Sequence record: NC_049466.2
DNA: 52,401 nt
Strand: one strand, 5' to 3'
Origin: Escherichia phage vB_EcoM_4HA13
The notes under the pieces are model-generated. The model worked only from the letters and a program-made list of their open reading frames with translations. It was not told the origin of the DNA and searched no databases. The position numbers were made by a program, and so were the translations under genes. Below are positions 37,588 through 47,691 of this stretch, piece by piece. The number at the start of each line of letters is the position of its first letter. Position 1 is the stretch's first letter.

Positions 37588-38043
37588 GTGAAGCAATATT
37601 CGTTTTATAATACTGACCTGATTATCGACGGCGCTCGCGTCGAAGGTTTTACGGCAGGTCAGGCAATCATTACCGCGCGTCGTAACGTTCCTCAACATCT
37701 TCCTGTGGTTGATGCTTATGGTAAGTTGGCAGTTGCTACAACTGCTGACTTGTCAGGTACAATTACTTTCCCTCTGCTGCAAACAGCAGACTGGAACGAA
37801 ATTCTGTACTCCAAAGCTCAACTAACTCAAGCAACTGGTCTGTCTGGCAACAAGTCTCTTTGGCCGCCAATTCAGATTCAGATTGTTGACAAGATGGGTG
37901 ACGTTCTGGTCAACGGTGTCAATGGTTGTATTCTGCAGCAGCCTGCAATTCAGCGTGGTGTTTCTTTCACGTCGAACCTGTGGGCTATTTATGTAGAACG
38001 TCTGCAAATCAAGACGGGTTCATACCCTGAGATTGGCGTTTAA
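37588..38043 (+). CDS. Tail tube protein (putative)
   Basis: 151 aa between sheath and chaperone; GTG start with AAGGA RBS. Confidence 0.5.
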   Translation: MKQYSFYNTDLIIDGARVEGFTAGQAIITARRNVPQHLPVVDAYGKLAVATTADLSGTITFPLLQTADWNEILYSKAQLTQATGLSGNKSLWPPIQIQIVDKMGDVLVNGVNGCILQQPAIQRGVSFTSNLWAIYVERLQIKTGSYPEIGV

Positions 38044-38055
38044 TTGGAGTAAGCA

Positions 38056-38514
38056 ATGGCTTGTGAATTACTACAACGTGAATTCACAAACTCCAAAGGT
38101 GAGAAAGTGCTGGTGGTTGTTCGTCAAATGGCGGCAGCCTCAGCACTTGACTTACACGTGGAGTTAGTCGGAAAGCTAGGCACAAGGATTTTCCCTTTCA
38201 TCGAAGATAAGTATACCTTTGGTGATATCATCTTCCTAATGCAGCAACAAGAGCATCCGGTATTCACAGAATTATTCAAACGCGTAATCAGCATTAATGT
38301 GCAGCTAGAGGGTCAGGAAGTTAAACCGGCCCTATTTAACATGCAGTTCAATGGTGAACTGATGCTGGCCTGTAAAGTCTTTGGTTTGGTATTGGAAGCA
38401 AACTTCTTGAGTTTTTTCAAGCAAGGGCTCGAAATCAACGAACAGAGACGGTTGGAGGCGGTCGAAGCATCCAAGCTGGCAGAGCAGAAGAATTCGAGTC
38501 CGGAGACGATTTAA
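38056..38514 (+). CDS. Tail assembly chaperone G
   Basis: Directly upstream of the tape-measure gene; contains slippery TTTTTTC with a -1 frame open to the tape-measure start. Confidence 0.55.
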   Translation: MACELLQREFTNSKGEKVLVVVRQMAAASALDLHVELVGKLGTRIFPFIEDKYTFGDIIFLMQQQEHPVFTELFKRVISINVQLEGQEVKPALFNMQFNGELMLACKVFGLVLEANFLSFFKQGLEINEQRRLEAVEASKLAEQKNSSPETI

Positions 38515-38690
38515 GTTCCCTGTTCCCGGATATAAGATACTTCCTGCATCGTCCATTAATCGAGGACAGTTCTCTTTGTCGTTTATGTGAACTTCAAGAT
38601 GGAACTTACTCGGTTATGGACCTTTTAACATTCCATGATATCCTCGACCTTCGTGAGAAACTCAAACCAGTAGAAGAAGATAATGGCTAA
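38412..38690 (+). CDS. -1 frameshift extension of tail chaperone (GT product)
   Basis: -1 frame is open from 38376 to TAA at 38688-38690; slippery TTTTTTC at 38412-38418; stop overlaps the tape-measure ATG. Confidence 0.5.
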   Translation, partial: FFQARARNQRTETVGGGRSIQAGRAEEFESGDDLSSLFPDIRYFLHRPLIEDSSLCRLCELQDGTYSVMDLLTFHDILDLREKLKPVEEDNG

Positions 38691-41600
38691 TCAAAAAGAA
38701 TTAATGCGCCTTACAGCTCAAGAATTAATTGGGATGGGAGCGCAATACGGTCTCACCTTCCATGCTGGAATGAAGAAGTCGCACATGGTTCAGCAACTTA
38801 GTGCAAGCGCTGCTTCTGGATGGATGGATGTTAATGCAGGATTGACGTCTGGAGTTCCAGAGGATGATGGTATTACTTCATCCTTTGGTGGCTCTTCAAT
38901 GATTTCAGATGCTGCTCACGTAGCACAAATGTTGTCAGGTGCTGGATTCACCGAAACTTTCCATGCTGCAATGAATGGCCCTTCACATCATGTTGAAGCT
39001 ATTCACAACTATATGCAGCAACTTGGCGTAAGCTCTGACGATGTTTGGATGCATATGCCGCACGCTAATCCAAATGTACCTGCTGGTCATTTCGGTATGT
39101 TGAATAACTACATGCGAGATACTTTGCAAGGTCATCAAGATATTATGCCTGAGATTGCTGGTCATTATTCTGGCGATATCATGGGCGAGTACGCTACAGA
39201 CAAAGGTGGCATTTCTGCGTCGTATGAACATTTAGCTCATATGTATGTTGATAAGTCCCAATACAGTAGCGAACATTTATATGGTGCAGACGTATCTCGT
39301 GTTGCATCAAGACTTGCAATTGGTATGGGAAGCAAATTCTCTGAGGTGGCATTCTCTGCTGCACAGGGAGCACATGTTTCTTACATGTCAGCACTTCCTA
39401 ATCTCGGAGACCCATCAATAGTTGGTGGTGTATCTCACCCTCGCGCTGCTTTAAATGCCTCTGGTCTTCCAATGGGTGCGATTGGTTCTGGTATTAATCC
39501 AGAATATTCTTTAGCTGCTTCTCTCACTGGAACTCCTGGATGGAGTCCTTCAAGTAAAGAAGTATATTCCAACGTATCAGATACTGTAAAGTCTTTGGCT
39601 GGAGTATATCGTGGCGAAACTGGAATGGAAGGTCGTCGTCATATTACTTCTGAACGTGATATGATTATGGATTCTGCTTCTCGTTATGCAGATATCTCTG
39701 ATGTACGTTCTGGCTATGCAAACTTGACCAGAGAGTTGACAGATGACCCACACTATTCTGCAACAAACATTCGTGCAATAATTGATAATAATTATGACCG
39801 CATGGATGCAGAGTCAATGGCAGCCCCGAGTGGAGTTGCTAATCCAGATTTGCGACTACCAACGATAGCAGAAACTGGAACTGCTTTCACCACAGATATT
39901 AGCGAGCCAACAAGTTGGAACTCCGCTCGTGCTCGTCGTGAAAGTATCGCTATATCTAACATGGATTCTATTCCGTGGTCTGATATAGAAAATAATTCTG
40001 GCCCAGTTAAGTTCCATAATCTTGAACAAGGTAGTCAAGAGTGGCTGGACTTCCGAAAGAACTACGACATAACAGGTTCTACTGTTGGCGGGTTCCTCGG
40101 TAATAATGCCTACACTCGTCCGTGGGCGGAAATGGTTGACAAGATTGGCTTATCAAGAAGTAAAGAGCCGAGTGCATTTCAACAAAGAATGTTTGATGCT
40201 GGTCATAAAACAGAGGACGAAGCACGTATCAGAGTTGCTAAACAACTCGGTACTGATATCCAGCAAACTGGTGCAATAACCAATGACAATTATCCATCAT
40301 TCATGTATTCGCCGGATGGTCTCATTGGTGATGATGCGATTTGGGAACATAAGAATCCTGAACGTGCTGGCAAATTTGCTAACTTATCTGCTGGCGACCA
40401 TCCAGACTATATGGACCAAGTGCAATTTGGTATGCTTGTATCTGGTCGTTCTCGTGCACTGTTCTCACAAACCATCGGTAGTGAAACCAAATCTCAATGG
40501 ATTGAGAAAGATGAAGGTTGGTACGAAAGAAACAGAAACCGACTAGATTCTACTCTTGGTCGTCTTGATGCTGGTCGAGCATTTGTTCGCGAGAATAATG
40601 ATTTACCTCCAGATGAATTAATTAAAGGCGCTCGTGCAGCAATGATGGGAGAGGGCATCTGGAAAGATGTTTCTCAGAAATCAAATCGTGGATACTCCGC
40701 ATCTGCGGGTACTTCTGCTGACCCATTTATTGCAACCGACACTTCCGCAATAACTCCAGAGTCTATGGCAATGTCTGTCAAGACTGGTATCTTGGCTGCA
40801 CAAGAAGACAATCGTCAGAAAGCTGGAGCTGGACTGCCTTCTGGAAATACCGACCCGTTCGAAATGCAACGTGAAAGTGCTGATGAAGCATTTGATACAA
40901 TGATGCGTCGTGCTGGATATAATAATTTCGGTGGAGGTGGTGGCGGTGGTGGAAGACCACCCAGCAATGGTGGAAGTTTCTACGATGACTTTGGTCGTGC
41001 TGGTGGTGCTCTTGCTGCTGGTGTTGCTGGTGGAAGCATATCGTCTTTAAGTAGTGGTGCAATGCAAGCACTTATGGCTACACCAATGGGCCGTATGATT
41101 GGAATGGGAATTGGTGCAATTCAAATTGGTAACGAAGCTGCGGAAGGGTTGAACGACTTTGTCGGTAATGCTCTTGATGCTGGTTTAGTTAATCCAAATG
41201 AATACTCGTCAATGTCTCAGGGCATGGAAATGTTGGGACTCAATTCTCAACAAGCCGGAAGATTAAATCAAACGACACATAGTGCCTACAACACCCTGCT
41301 AAATGGCGACCCAAGCGGCGCTATCCGCATCGTTCAGGGAACCCGTGGTCTTATCAACATAGGCGACATTCGTGCAACTGAGGGCGACCCAGTGGCCCTA
41401 GCTCGCATTATGCGTGAACGTGGACAGGAGCGGGGATGGAGTCAGGCGCGGATAGCTGGCGCAACTCAAATGGCAGGACTCGACGGCATGGCAAGAGCCT
41501 TTGACCGTGGAGAATACAGCCAGAGCCAAGCGGAGCAGGTCGTTCAGGCTGGACGTGACTCAGACTATGCACAAGGAACAAGTGAGCTAGAAATGTTGCA

Positions 41601-42297
41601 GGGAGAGCGAGCGAGGGCATTGCCCGGCTACAACCTTCCGCAAGCTGCTGTCACATATGGTGGTCCGATTTTCGGTGCTGCTAGTGATGCTGTACTTCAA
41701 GCTCGTGTTGCTGGTGGTCAGGTTGCTTCTGGTGCTCGCTCAGTTTATGACTTTATCATGGGTGAAGAATCTGGTGGTCGTGATTACAATGCTGATGGTA
41801 GTGTTGTAACAAGCAGGACTGGTGCACAAGGAAGAATGCAAGTTCTAAACTCCACCAACCGTGACCCAGGGTTTGATGTGCGTCCTGCCCAAAATGACTC
41901 TCTTGATGAACGTGCTCGTGTAGGTCGCGATTACTTTGATGCGATGTTGAAGCGTTATGGTGATTACGATAAAGCAATGGCTGCGTACACTGATGGACCG
42001 GGAACTGTAGACAGAGCAGTCCAAGAGCATGGCACTGACTGGCTTAATGCCGTCCCAGCACAAGCACAAAACAGAGTTAAAGCGTTCCACGATTGGCAAC
42101 AAAATGGTGGACAGCTTACTGATGGTGCTGGTGGATTTACTCGTAATGGTGTTTCATATGGACAGACTACAGTCGTTCAAGTGAACATTAATGCTAAAGT
42201 AAATGGACAAAGTGCATCAGCAACTGTATCAACTCCAAATGGTGCTTCTGCCTCTCAGCAGATTAACGTTGGAAATGGTGCAATGCAGAAAAGATAA
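38683..42297 (+). CDS. Tail tape measure protein with embedded YqaJ-like PD-(D/E)XK nuclease domain and C-terminal lytic transglycosylase domain
   Basis: 1204 aa after the chaperone; Gly-rich hydrophobic segments; QGSQEWLDFRK...ITGSTV...SPDGL...WEHKNP is a YqaJ-like pattern; C-terminal GEESGGRDYN...AQGRMQV is SLT-like. Confidence 0.7.
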   Translation: MANQKELMRLTAQELIGMGAQYGLTFHAGMKKSHMVQQLSASAASGWMDVNAGLTSGVPEDDGITSSFGGSSMISDAAHVAQMLSGAGFTETFHAAMNGPSHHVEAIHNYMQQLGVSSDDVWMHMPHANPNVPAGHFGMLNNYMRDTLQGHQDIMPEIAGHYSGDIMGEYATDKGGISASYEHLAHMYVDKSQYSSEHLYGADVSRVASRLAIGMGSKFSEVAFSAAQGAHVSYMSALPNLGDPSIVGGVSHPRAALNASGLPMGAIGSGINPEYSLAASLTGTPGWSPSSKEVYSNVSDTVKSLAGVYRGETGMEGRRHITSERDMIMDSASRYADISDVRSGYANLTRELTDDPHYSATNIRAIIDNNYDRMDAESMAAPSGVANPDLRLPTIAETGTAFTTDISEPTSWNSARARRESIAISNMDSIPWSDIENNSGPVKFHNLEQGSQEWLDFRKNYDITGSTVGGFLGNNAYTRPWAEMVDKIGLSRSKEPSAFQQRMFDAGHKTEDEARIRVAKQLGTDIQQTGAITNDNYPSFMYSPDGLIGDDAIWEHKNPERAGKFANLSAGDHPDYMDQVQFGMLVSGRSRALFSQTIGSETKSQWIEKDEGWYERNRNRLDSTLGRLDAGRAFVRENNDLPPDELIKGARAAMMGEGIWKDVSQKSNRGYSASAGTSADPFIATDTSAITPESMAMSVKTGILAAQEDNRQKAGAGLPSGNTDPFEMQRESADEAFDTMMRRAGYNNFGGGGGGGGRPPSNGGSFYDDFGRAGGALAAGVAGGSISSLSSGAMQALMATPMGRMIGMGIGAIQIGNEAAEGLNDFVGNALDAGLVNPNEYSSMSQGMEMLGLNSQQAGRLNQTTHSAYNTLLNGDPSGAIRIVQGTRGLINIGDIRATEGDPVALARIMRERGQERGWSQARIAGATQMAGLDGMARAFDRGEYSQSQAEQVVQAGRDSDYAQGTSELEMLQGERARALPGYNLPQAAVTYGGPIFGAASDAVLQARVAGGQVASGARSVYDFIMGEESGGRDYNADGSVVTSRTGAQGRMQVLNSTNRDPGFDVRPAQNDSLDERARVGRDYFDAMLKRYGDYDKAMAAYTDGPGTVDRAVQEHGTDWLNAVPAQAQNRVKAFHDWQQNGGQLTDGAGGFTRNGVSYGQTTVVQVNINAKVNGQSASATVSTPNGASASQQINVGNGAMQKR

Positions 42298-42302
42298 TGG
42301 AG

Positions 42303-42328
42303 CCGGGATTCGTCCCGGTCTTCGTTTT
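42303..42328 (+). terminator. Intrinsic terminator candidate (CCGGGA-UUCG-UCCCGG then UCUUCGUUUU)
   Basis: Perfect 6-bp stem, UUCG loop, U-rich tail; followed by a degenerate promoter-motif copy at 42332-42342. Confidence 0.5.
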
Positions 42329-42370
42329 AATATTAGTTGAACGTGTATTAATTTCAATAGGTATATCGCA

Positions 42371-43510
42371 ATGCCGTGGATACGCAAGGTTGAGATAATT
42401 GCCTCCCGAAAGGATGACCCAAGCAGGCAAACTGTTTTCACAAAACATAGAATCGACTTTGAAGTTCGTTCGCTTGTTGGGTGGCCCGCCGATACAGCCA
42501 ACATATCGCTATTCAACCTTTCAATTGATGAAGTCAAGTTCTTGCAAAGCAAGGCTTATGGCGATATGTATATCGAAATTCGTGCAGGGTATGTAGAAGA
42601 TGAACGTGGAGTTTCGAGTGGTGGTGTTAATCAACATGCTGTAGACAAGCCAAGTCAGGCAAGGATAGAAGTAAATGGTACACTGCCGACAATCTTCTCT
42701 GGAATAATTACTAATGCCATTGGATTCAGAAGACCACCTGAGCACGTAACTCAGTTGTTTTGTATTTCTAGGGCATATGGTGCATCAACTGATTTCAAAC
42801 AAATGAAATCAATCCCAGCCAAAACTAAACTCATTGACGCAATTCGCTCAATGTGTTCTGACTATGGCTTCGGAACTATTGCAACTTACGGTGTCGAAGA
42901 TGCTGTAATGCAATCTGTATTATCTCGCCCAAGAACTTTCCAAGATACATTCTTGGTTGAATTTAAAAAACTTCTTGGTGAATATAATTTATTATTCACG
43001 ATGACGACTGCTGAAATACAAGTTTTCCCTGATACATTTGGGGATAAAGATGCAGTTAATAGAATGTCAAAGAGCAGGGAACCAATCAAACTTGATGTAA
43101 ACCAAGTGATAGGAAATCCGGTTGCAGGTATATGTACTTACCAACTTTCAACATTCTTAAATCCATCCTTCCAGCCCGGAATGATTCTTGATGTTTCACC
43201 ATTAATAAAAAGCAGCCACAGAAATCCAGATAACACTGTATCCTATGTTGATGATGGTTCTATAATGGTTAACGGTGCTACTTCTGTAACTGGTCAAGGT
43301 CTTGTTTTAAATACCGACCAATCTGTTTTCAGATGGTTAATGGAAGATAAATATTTCATTACAGAAATTGTGCATCATGGTTCCACACACGCACAAGACT
43401 TCCAAACCTCTGCAACAGCACTTCTCGGTGGTAACACCATGATGGGTGCACGTGAAGCAGTTTGGCAAGAAATGTATGCCAATAGTGGAATGGCAATGGA
43501 GTCTTTCTAA
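42371..43510 (+). CDS. Tail/baseplate protein (Mu-like module, putative)
   Basis: Position after tape measure. Confidence 0.45.
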   Translation: MPWIRKVEIIASRKDDPSRQTVFTKHRIDFEVRSLVGWPADTANISLFNLSIDEVKFLQSKAYGDMYIEIRAGYVEDERGVSSGGVNQHAVDKPSQARIEVNGTLPTIFSGIITNAIGFRRPPEHVTQLFCISRAYGASTDFKQMKSIPAKTKLIDAIRSMCSDYGFGTIATYGVEDAVMQSVLSRPRTFQDTFLVEFKKLLGEYNLLFTMTTAEIQVFPDTFGDKDAVNRMSKSREPIKLDVNQVIGNPVAGICTYQLSTFLNPSFQPGMILDVSPLIKSSHRNPDNTVSYVDDGSIMVNGATSVTGQGLVLNTDQSVFRWLMEDKYFITEIVHHGSTHAQDFQTSATALLGGNTMMGAREAVWQEMYANSGMAMESF

Positions 43511-44388
43511 TGTCAATGTTTGATACAGACTTGTTGGGTGAAGGACTTAATAAGTTAAACAAGTTCCATTACGGACACCATCCATCTGTTGTTATGTGGT
43601 CCAATGGTCCAGCACCAGAAAAGAAGGAACAAGGTTTCTTTGGTGGAACTGCACAAGCTCTTGAGTCTCTTGTAACGTCAGAAATTCCAGAAAGTTTTAG
43701 CTCTTTTAAATTTGATGCTATGGTTAGTGAGGAGCATGAAGCTCAATCTATCGTAACCAAATTTCCTGTAAGTTCTGGCTTCTTAGTCAGCGACCATGTA
43801 ATTAATCAAAACCGTGTATTGAAGTTAACTGCTGTGGCAACAAACATGCAGAACTCCTCAATCTGGTCTGCATCTGTTCAGGGCTTGTCTGTAGCAACTG
43901 GTGCAATTTTCAATAGCCCAATCATACCAATCATTGGTGGCATTGCTGGCGGTATTGCATCTGCGTTTGAAACAAGTGACCGAGTGCAATCTACCTACAA
44001 TCTGTTTAACAGTTTCAGGGTTACTGGAAAGAGACTTTATATTTCCACAATACTGGGACCATACTTAAACTGTGTTGTAACTTCTATTAAAACTAAGCAT
44101 GATAAAATGACTTCTGCCATTTTGTCTGTGGAAATCTTATTGGAAGAATTGCAAGTAATTGGGCAGAATGCTCTGGCCGATGAAGCACGTAAGGCAATGG
44201 AATCAATGTATGATTATTCTGAGTTTGCAAAAATGGCTCAGAGTATTGGAATTGGTGTTCTCGGTGGTGCTACACTTCCGGGACTTGGTGCTCTTGGAGA
44301 TTCTCCAACTAAGCAGCTCTCAACACTGAAAGGTAAGTTGGCTGACTTGGCTTCACCAATTTCTTCTGTCAAAGGACGTTTGGTATGA
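43510..44388 (+). CDS. Baseplate protein (putative)
   Basis: ATGA-coupled gene in the baseplate block. Confidence 0.45.
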   Translation: MSMFDTDLLGEGLNKLNKFHYGHHPSVVMWSNGPAPEKKEQGFFGGTAQALESLVTSEIPESFSSFKFDAMVSEEHEAQSIVTKFPVSSGFLVSDHVINQNRVLKLTAVATNMQNSSIWSASVQGLSVATGAIFNSPIIPIIGGIAGGIASAFETSDRVQSTYNLFNSFRVTGKRLYISTILGPYLNCVVTSIKTKHDKMTSAILSVEILLEELQVIGQNALADEARKAMESMYDYSEFAKMAQSIGIGVLGGATLPGLGALGDSPTKQLSTLKGKLADLASPISSVKGRLV

Positions 44389-44747
44389 TTCAAGAAGAAC
44401 AACAAGCGTTAAAAGAAATATGCAATCTGTTGCCTACAGGTTATGTAAAAAGCATCCCTTACGATATTTCAAGGGATGTTTCGTTTGAGTTCAATGGCGT
44501 GACTGTAAAAATGTCTGCATTGTATTTAAATGAATACTTAAACTGCTACATGTTTGATTTAGCTTGGGGTGCCACAGACAAGATTTATGGTATCCCGATT
44601 AAAGGTGGAATAGATATTCTTAAACAATATTCCACACCACTACCAAACATGTATGCAGCTAACACTGTATTCTCGGAACAAGATGTTTCGAGTTGGCGGC
44701 AACTTTATTTATTCACTATAGATGCGAGTGTACTAGAACGTGGCTAG
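44385..44747 (+). CDS. Baseplate assembly protein (hypothetical)
   Basis: ATGA overlap with upstream gene. Confidence 0.45.
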   Translation: MIQEEQQALKEICNLLPTGYVKSIPYDISRDVSFEFNGVTVKMSALYLNEYLNCYMFDLAWGATDKIYGIPIKGGIDILKQYSTPLPNMYAANTVFSEQDVSSWRQLYLFTIDASVLERG

Positions 44748-45534
44748 CCATAACAACAATCAAGAAGCTCCAGATATAAACACTAGTTATCCGGGGCATA
44801 TTTATAATTTTGATGCAGAGTCCCAAACTTGTGAAGTAAAGCTGGCTATTGAGCATTTGTTTGTTGGCTATAAAGAGGCTTACACACTTGAGCCTAATCA
44901 ACGTTTGGAAGGAGTTCCAGTTCAATTCATACAGGGTGGTGGTTGGAGTTTAACACATCCTGTACCAGACGGAACTCCTTGTTACGTCCACTTCTCACAA
45001 CGTGGTATCGACCATTGGATTGCTGAGAATAAAGAAGAAGCAGGGATGCTTAATGGTAGGCCCGCCCCAGCATTTAGCCAGCTGTTTTCACATAACGCTG
45101 CTGTATGCACAATTGGGACTCAACCAATACCTAAAGCGATTGGTGGATTTGCTGGTGATGTATTTGAACTTCGCAATGCAGACAGAAGTCAGAGGCATAC
45201 ATTCCATGGTGATGGTACTGTTGAGATAATTACAGGCGAAGCCAAAATTGTCATCCAAAAGGATTCGGAGATTTCAATTGAAGTTACATCGAAGGCAACA
45301 ATTAAAGCGCCGCAAATCCTTTTGGATGGTGACACGACTGTTACCAAATCCTTAACAGTGATGGGCGGTATGGCAGTGTCTGGTGGCTCTGGTGAATCAA
45401 TGTCTGTTACTGGTAATATTAAATATACTGGTGATATGGTTCAGAATGGTACATTCACATTGAATGGTATTGCTGTCAATACTCACAAACACTCTAACCC
45501 AGAAGGCGGCGATGTTGGGCCGATGAAAGCATAA
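44740..45534 (+). CDS. Baseplate central spike protein (gpV-like, putative)
   Basis: C-terminal NTHKHSNPEGG (HxH tip-like); GTG start. Confidence 0.5.
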   Translation: MASHNNNQEAPDINTSYPGHIYNFDAESQTCEVKLAIEHLFVGYKEAYTLEPNQRLEGVPVQFIQGGGWSLTHPVPDGTPCYVHFSQRGIDHWIAENKEEAGMLNGRPAPAFSQLFSHNAAVCTIGTQPIPKAIGGFAGDVFELRNADRSQRHTFHGDGTVEIITGEAKIVIQKDSEISIEVTSKATIKAPQILLDGDTTVTKSLTVMGGMAVSGGSGESMSVTGNIKYTGDMVQNGTFTLNGIAVNTHKHSNPEGGDVGPMKA

Positions 45535-45905
45535 TGGCTGGAAACTTAGCACTTGATTCCAACCACGACATTATAATTGGGCGTGGCGCTACTCGAATAG
45601 AGGGTGCAGCCCAAGTTGCGCAGTTGGTTAAATGCCGACTGCTAACATTGCTTGGGGAGTGGAAGTTAGATACTTCTCTTGGCTTGCCGTGGTTTGATGC
45701 AATCTTTACAAAGCAAGTTCGTCCTGCCGATATTGAGGCAGCGCTTGCAAATATTATTCGTGGGACTGCCGGAGTTCAGCAGTTGATATCAATTGATATT
45801 AGCCCAGACTTCCGTGAAAGAACCCTCAGTATTTCATTCATTGCCATATCTGATTATGGTGACATTTCGGAATATTTGACATGGCAACAATCCAGTACGG
45901 CGTAA
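45534..45905 (+). CDS. Baseplate wedge small protein (Mu gp46-like, putative)
   Basis: About 120 aa, follows the spike gene. Confidence 0.45.
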   Translation: MAGNLALDSNHDIIIGRGATRIEGAAQVAQLVKCRLLTLLGEWKLDTSLGLPWFDAIFTKQVRPADIEAALANIIRGTAGVQQLISIDISPDFRERTLSISFIAISDYGDISEYLTWQQSSTA

Positions 45906-47041
45906 CTACAAACGGTTTTGTCCGTAAACCTATCAATGCAATACTTACCAGTTTAAATAACAAGTTTATTGCAGCGTTTGGTACAAACTTTGATGTAAGT
46001 CCCGAATCCCCAGATGGTCAGGTTATCGGTATCATAACTGATGAAGTTGACCAATGCTGGAATCAATCTCAGCAAGTATTCAATGCGTATAGGCCAGGTG
46101 CAATGAGTGGTGTCGGTTTGGACAACATTTGTGAATTAACTGGTGTAGTGCGATACGTAAATACCAAAACCCGAGTTACAGTTTACTGCGATGGTACTAG
46201 TGGAAGTATTGTTCCTGCTGGTTCTGTAGTTGGCGATGGTACGATGACGTTCACTTTGGATACTGATGTTGTACTTCCGGGCGATGTGACTGCTGTTGCA
46301 GATGTTGCTGGTGCATACTATGTTGCTCCGGGAACAATAAACAAAATCATTACCGAAGGTATTTCTGGTTGGACTTCCGTAACAAATGCCGATAGTGGTA
46401 CTACTGGTGTAACCTACGAAACCGACCCAGAGTTCAGGGCACGTCGTGACAAAACAACGGCAATCTTGAGTTCAGCAACAGTCGAATCAATCTATGCTGC
46501 ATTGTCTGACCTCAATCTTACTTACATTCGTATTCGTGATAATGATTCCGGCGCTGCTATTGGTGCTCAGCCAGCAGGTACTGTCTTTGTTGTAGTTGAT
46601 GGTGGTTCTAAGAATGATATTGCCAGACGCATTTATAGTGTTAAAACTGGTGGTGTCCCGACTTTCGGAACGGAGTCAATAACAATAATGGATAGTAAAG
46701 GTTATCCGCATCCGATTAATTTTAGCCGCTCAAGCAATACTGAAATATTTGTAACTGGTACATTCAAACGTCGTGCTAGTGCAAACATAAGTTCGAACGA
46801 TGCTGCCAAAACTTTGCAAGAAGTAATGATTAATTATCTAAACTCCTTGCAGCCGGGCGAAGATGTTATTTGGTCTGAGTTGTTTAAACCACTCATGGAT
46901 GCCACATCTTATATCGAAATCGATTCTTTGTTTATCGGTACTACTGCCAACCCAACTGGTATTGCATCTATCGAACTTGATATCGATAAGCGTGCTCATG
47001 GCATTGAAGCCAATATCAAATTTACTGATGTAACAACGTGA
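45881..47041 (+). CDS. Baseplate J-like protein (putative)
   Basis: 386 aa in the conserved baseplate position. Confidence 0.5.
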   Translation: MATIQYGVTTNGFVRKPINAILTSLNNKFIAAFGTNFDVSPESPDGQVIGIITDEVDQCWNQSQQVFNAYRPGAMSGVGLDNICELTGVVRYVNTKTRVTVYCDGTSGSIVPAGSVVGDGTMTFTLDTDVVLPGDVTAVADVAGAYYVAPGTINKIITEGISGWTSVTNADSGTTGVTYETDPEFRARRDKTTAILSSATVESIYAALSDLNLTYIRIRDNDSGAAIGAQPAGTVFVVVDGGSKNDIARRIYSVKTGGVPTFGTESITIMDSKGYPHPINFSRSSNTEIFVTGTFKRRASANISSNDAAKTLQEVMINYLNSLQPGEDVIWSELFKPLMDATSYIEIDSLFIGTTANPTGIASIELDIDKRAHGIEANIKFTDVTT

Positions 47042-47049
47042 GATAAATA

Positions 47050-47691
47050 ATGGCTGGAAAGCATGGTGTTAACATGCTTCTTTCTCAGTATAAGAATTCT
47101 GAGAATTTAAAGAAGTATGTTTCTATTATTGTTTCTGAGTTTGAAGAAGTTCGTAAAGCTCAAGAAGATTCTATCAAGTATCGCTATCTGGCCGATTCCT
47201 TTGGTGTCATGGTTGACGATATAGCATACTTGGTTGGAGCAAGTCGAGTTATCTATGGTGCTGTTGCACTTGGATATTTTGGCTTCTACAGTAACCCAGG
47301 CGCACACCCTGCTGGTGATGACAACAACCCTAATATTGGTGGTATTCTTAAATCAGATTCTGACAAAGATTCTGGTGACTTTGTTCGTACAGATACTCAG
47401 CTTAAGCAAGCTATACGTGCTCGTATAATCAAAATTATGGGCAACTGTAATGTTGAGCAATTGATTACATACACTGAGTTAGTCCTTGGACGAACTATTG
47501 ACCTCGAAGTAAGAGAGGGACACCAAACAATCGATTACATTGTTCACGGAACTTTGTCAGTTGATGACAAAGTATTGTTGTCATACATGTTGCCAGACTT
47601 CAAGCCAGCTGGTATTGCAATAACTCTTGCAGATAATTCTGGTGACATTGCTTTGGTATATGTTTCCAAAATATATCCACCGGAGAAATAA
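47050..47691 (+). CDS. Baseplate/tail protein (Mu gp48-like, putative)
   Basis: 213 aa before the tail fibre genes. Confidence 0.45.
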   Translation: MAGKHGVNMLLSQYKNSENLKKYVSIIVSEFEEVRKAQEDSIKYRYLADSFGVMVDDIAYLVGASRVIYGAVALGYFGFYSNPGAHPAGDDNNPNIGGILKSDSDKDSGDFVRTDTQLKQAIRARIIKIMGNCNVEQLITYTELVLGRTIDLEVREGHQTIDYIVHGTLSVDDKVLLSYMLPDFKPAGIAITLADNSGDIALVYVSKIYPPEK

